A DNA stretch of 64,000 bases. Source: Parcubacteria group bacterium. Its GTDB lineage: Bacteria > Patescibacteriota > Minisyncoccia > SW-4-49-11. Under the pieces are notes generated by a model, which did no database searches, was not told where the DNA came from, and worked only from the letters and a program-made list of their open reading frames with translations. The DNA lies in NCBI GenBank assembly GCA_943354045.1, contig CALRBF010000004.1, positions 710 through 64,709 of the forward strand, read 5' to 3'. Positions 60,151-64,000 of this stretch are shown here, piece after piece (position 1 is the first letter of the stretch; each line of letters begins with the position of its first letter). A program made the translations under genes and the position numbers.

Positions 60151-61419
60151 ATGAAAAGATGGCTCTATATACCCCGAATTCCAGAGCTTAGAAATAAACT
60201 TCTTCTAGTACTTGGTATATTGATAATATATCGACTTATTGCATCTATTCCTATTCCAGGAGTAGATATTGCTCGTATAGAGGCTTTTGCAAAATCAAAT
60301 CAACTTTTGGGGTTTTTAGATATATTTTCAGGAGGTGGTTTTTCTAATTTTTCCTTGGTAGCATTGGGAGTAGGACCATATATTACGGCTTCTATTATTA
60401 TGCAATTATTTACAATGGTAGTCCCATCCTTGAATCGATTATATAAAGAAGAAGGAGAACAAGGAAGACAAGTATTTAATCAATATACAAGAATGCTCAC
60501 CGTACCACTTGCTATTATACAAGCAATGTCTACATTAACCTTACTCAAAAGTCAAAATATTATTCAAGATATTACCAGTTTACAAGTTATTACTATTGTT
60601 GCTTTAATGACAGCAGGAACTATTGGGCTTATGTGGTTAGGGGAGATAATCACCAATCAAAATGTAGGGAATGGAATATCATTGATTATATTCGCAGGTA
60701 TTATTGCGGGGCTCCCAACAACATTAAGTCAATTTTTCTTAAACTTTAATAGAGGAGAGATTCCATTATATCTCGTATATACCGCTCTTACCTTAATTGT
60801 TATATATGCAATTATCTTTATTACTGAGGGACAGCGTAATATACCCATATCATATAGCAAAAAATCAAGAGGATCCCTCGTCAACGCTCAAGTTGATACC
60901 TATTTACCGATGAAAGTAAATCAGGCTGGGGTAATGCCTATTATTTTTGCCGTATCTCTCGTATTATTCCCTCAAGTATTAGCCAATTTATTATCACAGA
61001 CTAATATCCCTTGGGTAGTATCAGGAGCTAATGCAGTTAATTCCTTTTTGTCTAATCAAGTAGCTTATGCTAGCCTCTATTTCATCTTTGTATTAGTATT
61101 TACCTATGTGTATACTACCATTGTTTTTGAACCAAAAGCAGTAGCGGAGAATTTACAAAAACAAGGAGGTTTTGTAACTGGAATCCGCCCAGGAGAAAAA
61201 ACAGCCCAATATCTTCAATATGTATCCAATAGAATTATTATTTTTGGAGCTGTATTCTTAGGTATTATTGCGGTATTACCATATATTGTTACTGGATTTA
61301 CTGGTAATCAAGCCCTTGCCATCGGGGGAACTAGCCTCTTGATTGTAGTGTCTGTTATTCTTGAGACAATGAAGCAAATTGACTCACAAATTATTGTGAG
61401 AGATTATGATAGTCTATAA
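60151..61419 (+). CDS. secY: Preprotein translocase subunit SecY
   Basis: LGVGPYITASIIMQLFTMVVPSL ... GISLIIFAGIIAG. Ten TM segments. 422 aa. Confidence 0.9.
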   Translation: MKRWLYIPRIPELRNKLLLVLGILIIYRLIASIPIPGVDIARIEAFAKSNQLLGFLDIFSGGGFSNFSLVALGVGPYITASIIMQLFTMVVPSLNRLYKEEGEQGRQVFNQYTRMLTVPLAIIQAMSTLTLLKSQNIIQDITSLQVITIVALMTAGTIGLMWLGEIITNQNVGNGISLIIFAGIIAGLPTTLSQFFLNFNRGEIPLYLVYTALTLIVIYAIIFITEGQRNIPISYSKKSRGSLVNAQVDTYLPMKVNQAGVMPIIFAVSLVLFPQVLANLLSQTNIPWVVSGANAVNSFLSNQVAYASLYFIFVLVFTYVYTTIVFEPKAVAENLQKQGGFVTGIRPGEKTAQYLQYVSNRIIIFGAVFLGIIAVLPYIVTGFTGNQALAIGGTSLLIVVSVILETMKQIDSQIIVRDYDSL

Positions 61420-61516
61420 TACGGAGAATTACTAAAACAGTAAAACTTATCCACAATAATTAATATTGATAAAATATGTTACAATAATTGAAGATACATA
61501 ATATAAATACATATAT

Positions 61517-63127
61517 ATGAAAAAAGTATATCAATTAATAGGAATAATAGGGTTAATAAGCATATTATTAAGTCCTCATATAATAGTCATTGCTCAAGAA
61601 GAGTCAGTTATCTTTATACCTGAAGAAAACCAAGTTGATGTGAATCTAAGAGCAAAAGCAAAATCAGGAGAGAAACTTACAAAAGAAGAGTTTGAACAAT
61701 TGCAGAAGCTCATAAAAAATGGAAAAAGTACAAAAAGTACTGAAGTATCAAGTTATCAATTAAAAGAAGATGAGATCCCAACTAAAGAACAAATAGATAA
61801 AATACAAAAGAATCAATCAACTCAACAATCCTATCAGAGTCAATTAGAATCGGGAGGTTTCAAAGTAGGCTCATTAGGTAATTGTATGGATACATACAAG
61901 TTTGGAAGTATTAAAATTGATATTACTCAGGATAAGAACAAATATGAACCAGGAGATATTATTCAATTAAAGGGAAAGATAAAGAATGACAATGCTTATC
62001 CAGTCACAGGACTTACGGTAGCAGCGAGATTAGTTAAGAATATTCCTAATGCCAATGACCAAGCCTATACTACAACATTAGATGAATTTATTATTGCTAA
62101 AGATGTGACTATAAAGGGTAATGGATTAATAGATGTAAAACAATTATATAATCTTAATCTTCAATCTCCAAAAGGAGAGTATGAATTATTATTTTTTGCC
62201 TATCAGCAAGATAGATTTACATTATCGGGACTTCCATTCACGGATGATGTAGTCGGGTATAAAGTTAAATTTGATGTGGGGGGCGGTAATACTGAACAAG
62301 TATATCTCGATCAAACTCGTACTACTGTAGGAGAGAAAAAGCATATTAATCATGGATTTTTCACCAATCATACTAAAGATGAAAAAATACAAGTAAAAAT
62401 TCCATTAAAAAACATTACAGATAAAGTCCAAGATATAGAATTAACAAGTCAATTATATAGTTGGGATGGACTGAGAAAAGAGTCATTACAAAAAGAAGAA
62501 AAAGAAATAATTAAAGTCCCAGCAAAAGGAGAAGTATTAATAACAAGAACAATAGAAAAAGCAGAATTACCAGTATATTATCTTAAATTCACTGCTACTC
62601 AGGCAGGAAACATTGCTCCAGCACAAAAATATACAAGTATTAGCAATATACGATTCTCAGTACCAGATAATCAATTAGTACGCTTTAATTGGGTAGGACT
62701 TAATAGTTTTCCCCAAGGAGATAAAGTAGTAACCTGTATACATAATACCAGTAATGGCACAGTTAATGATATAGAAGTAGAAACAAAAGTTCTCAATAGC
62801 AAAGGAAAAGAAATAACCAAAAGCCTCTATAAAGGAGCAATAACTGGACAAATTGATGCTATAATAGCAGATTTACCAAAAAATAAGACATATAATAAGC
62901 TAACTGTAGTCTCAACCATAAAAGATGGCTCAGGCAATATTATTGATAGTGTGAATATACCTTATGATTGTCAAGCAATAGATGCAATCACCTGTGGTAA
63001 AGAAAGTGTATTGGATGGAATTGCAGGAACTATATTAGGAATATTAGGACTTATCGTGATAGTATTAGGAGTAATATATGCTATATATTTACAGAGGAAA
63101 ACTATATTAAAATCTATAAAGAAATAA
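61517..63127 (+). CDS. Hypothetical cell-surface protein (N-terminal signal peptide, C-terminal TM anchor)
   Basis: Signal peptide MKKVYQLIGIIGLISILLSPHIIVIAQE. Large hydrophilic Lys/Thr-rich ectodomain. A Cys pair CQAIDAITC precedes the C-terminal TM GIAGTILGILGLIVIVLGVIYAIYL followed by KK. It occupies the position normally held by adk/map/infA after secY. Confidence 0.5.
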   Translation: MKKVYQLIGIIGLISILLSPHIIVIAQEESVIFIPEENQVDVNLRAKAKSGEKLTKEEFEQLQKLIKNGKSTKSTEVSSYQLKEDEIPTKEQIDKIQKNQSTQQSYQSQLESGGFKVGSLGNCMDTYKFGSIKIDITQDKNKYEPGDIIQLKGKIKNDNAYPVTGLTVAARLVKNIPNANDQAYTTTLDEFIIAKDVTIKGNGLIDVKQLYNLNLQSPKGEYELLFFAYQQDRFTLSGLPFTDDVVGYKVKFDVGGGNTEQVYLDQTRTTVGEKKHINHGFFTNHTKDEKIQVKIPLKNITDKVQDIELTSQLYSWDGLRKESLQKEEKEIIKVPAKGEVLITRTIEKAELPVYYLKFTATQAGNIAPAQKYTSISNIRFSVPDNQLVRFNWVGLNSFPQGDKVVTCIHNTSNGTVNDIEVETKVLNSKGKEITKSLYKGAITGQIDAIIADLPKNKTYNKLTVVSTIKDGSGNIIDSVNIPYDCQAIDAITCGKESVLDGIAGTILGILGLIVIVLGVIYAIYLQRKTILKSIKK

Positions 63128-63128
63128 T

Positions 63129-64000
63129 ATGAATAAGAATATATTGCAACTCAATAAAATAATACAATTAGGTATAGGGGTATTAATACTAGGTGTATTC
63201 TTAATTCCCTATACAAGTAAAGCTGTTAGTGTATCTTCTAATTATACTGATAATTGGATTTTTTATCAGTATATTAACAGAGGAGGTTGTAGAGGTGGTG
63301 ATTTTAGAGCCTATACCCAATTTTATATGTCCCTATATAAAAGTTTCGATTTAAATTCTTCTAGTTTAGGAAATTTGAATCAAAATGAGTCTAGATCAAT
63401 TATCCCAGAGGAGACTATTACTGGAATAAATTATCCTATAACAGGATCATATAATTATTATTCTAGTGATACGGGTACCCCACCTATGGATAATCAAGTG
63501 TATGATTGGGAATATTGGTCAGGTAGGGGTGCGTGTGGAGCTCAATTCTATGTTAAAAATCAAATGAGAGCAGGTATTTATGATCAATTAGGTTATCAAT
63601 TAAGTAGTAGTAATAATAATATTATAGATTGTAGTAATGGGCAATCTTGTGTCGCAAAATCTCAAAATGGTACAGCTACTATAACAGTATCTTTTCCGGG
63701 AACTGGTTATTATTATGTTCAAAGGGCATACCAGTTTGGTGGTTTTGCAACGGATTATTTAAATGCAACTTGTGATACTGAAGTTATTAGTGAAGGATCT
63801 TACTCAGGAGGAGATAACCCTGGTATTTATACACCTCCTGGGACTAGGGAAGTTAATTGTACTTGTCCATCAGGTACTAACCTGGAGACGCAGTCTTATG
63901 TTAATGCGGATGTCACCCAGTATTACAATGTATGTTCTTACTCTTACTTTGCTGTCGATGGTGGTAATATAGTAGCTCAAAGTTTTAGTTATACATTAAA
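63129..64000 (+). CDS. Hypothetical secreted Cys-containing protein, 3'-truncated by the window end
   Basis: An open frame runs from ATG 63129 to the window end with no stop. The ORF track misses it because it is open-ended. Signal peptide MNKNILQLNKIIQLGIGVLILGVFLIPYTSKAVS, followed by a Ser/Asn/Tyr/Gly-rich domain with at least 8 Cys. Confidence 0.5.
   Translation, partial: MNKNILQLNKIIQLGIGVLILGVFLIPYTSKAVSVSSNYTDNWIFYQYINRGGCRGGDFRAYTQFYMSLYKSFDLNSSSLGNLNQNESRSIIPEETITGINYPITGSYNYYSSDTGTPPMDNQVYDWEYWSGRGACGAQFYVKNQMRAGIYDQLGYQLSSSNNNIIDCSNGQSCVAKSQNGTATITVSFPGTGYYYVQRAYQFGGFATDYLNATCDTEVISEGSYSGGDNPGIYTPPGTREVNCTCPSGTNLETQSYVNADVTQYYNVCSYSYFAVDGGNIVAQSFSYTL

Overview
The window reads as a low-GC (about one-third G+C by eye), tightly packed, standard-genetic-code bacterial chromosome segment. 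Almost every gene is on the + strand. Several traits fit a CPR/Patescibacteria-like organism: no rpmD (L30) between rpsE and rplO, no rpmA (L27) after rplU, a zinc-ligand-less DnaG, few Shine-Dalgarno sequences, a large type IV pilin, and an unlinked 16S rRNA with mismatches at universal-primer sites. This lineage assignment is inference from those traits.

Content in order:
- sppA (5' partial), nusA, ppa, pheS, pheT, rplU, a NifU-like protein, a ferredoxin, an Lgt-like protein, dnaG, rpoD.
- A roughly 640-aa type IV pilin-like protein, then rplK, rplA, nrdA, nrdB, and a minus-strand Dcd/dUTPase-like gene.
- An envelope-type operon: UvrD-like helicase-nuclease, GT4 glycosyltransferase, a DUF4012-like protein, murB, a PrsW-like protease.
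- hsp20, then a consensus promoter plus putative L10 leader, rplJ, rplL.
- A DEDDh exonuclease, an Fe/Mn superoxide dismutase, an M3 peptidase, a VKOR homologue (minus strand).
- A standalone 16S rRNA with its own promoter, processing stem and terminator.
- murJ, lepA, lemA, htpX, pyk, secE, nusG, an RNHCP-like zinc-ribbon protein.
- A cluster of three paralogous polytopic sensor histidine kinases with an ABC-F ATPase between them and no response regulator.
- tuf followed by a complete S10-spc ribosomal cluster through secY.
- Two secreted or anchored hypothetical surface proteins (the last truncated by the window end).

Regulatory elements: many near-consensus TTGACA-17-TATAAT promoters, several hairpin/T-run terminators and an NrdR-box-like palindrome upstream of nrdA can be read directly. 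No CRISPR array, tRNA, 23S/5S rRNA, transposase or integrase was recognised.

The most unusual content is the histidine-kinase/ABC-F cluster, the large pilin, the zinc-finger-less primase, the helicase-nuclease to PrsW envelope operon with its DUF4012-like protein, and the unlinked 16S unit.
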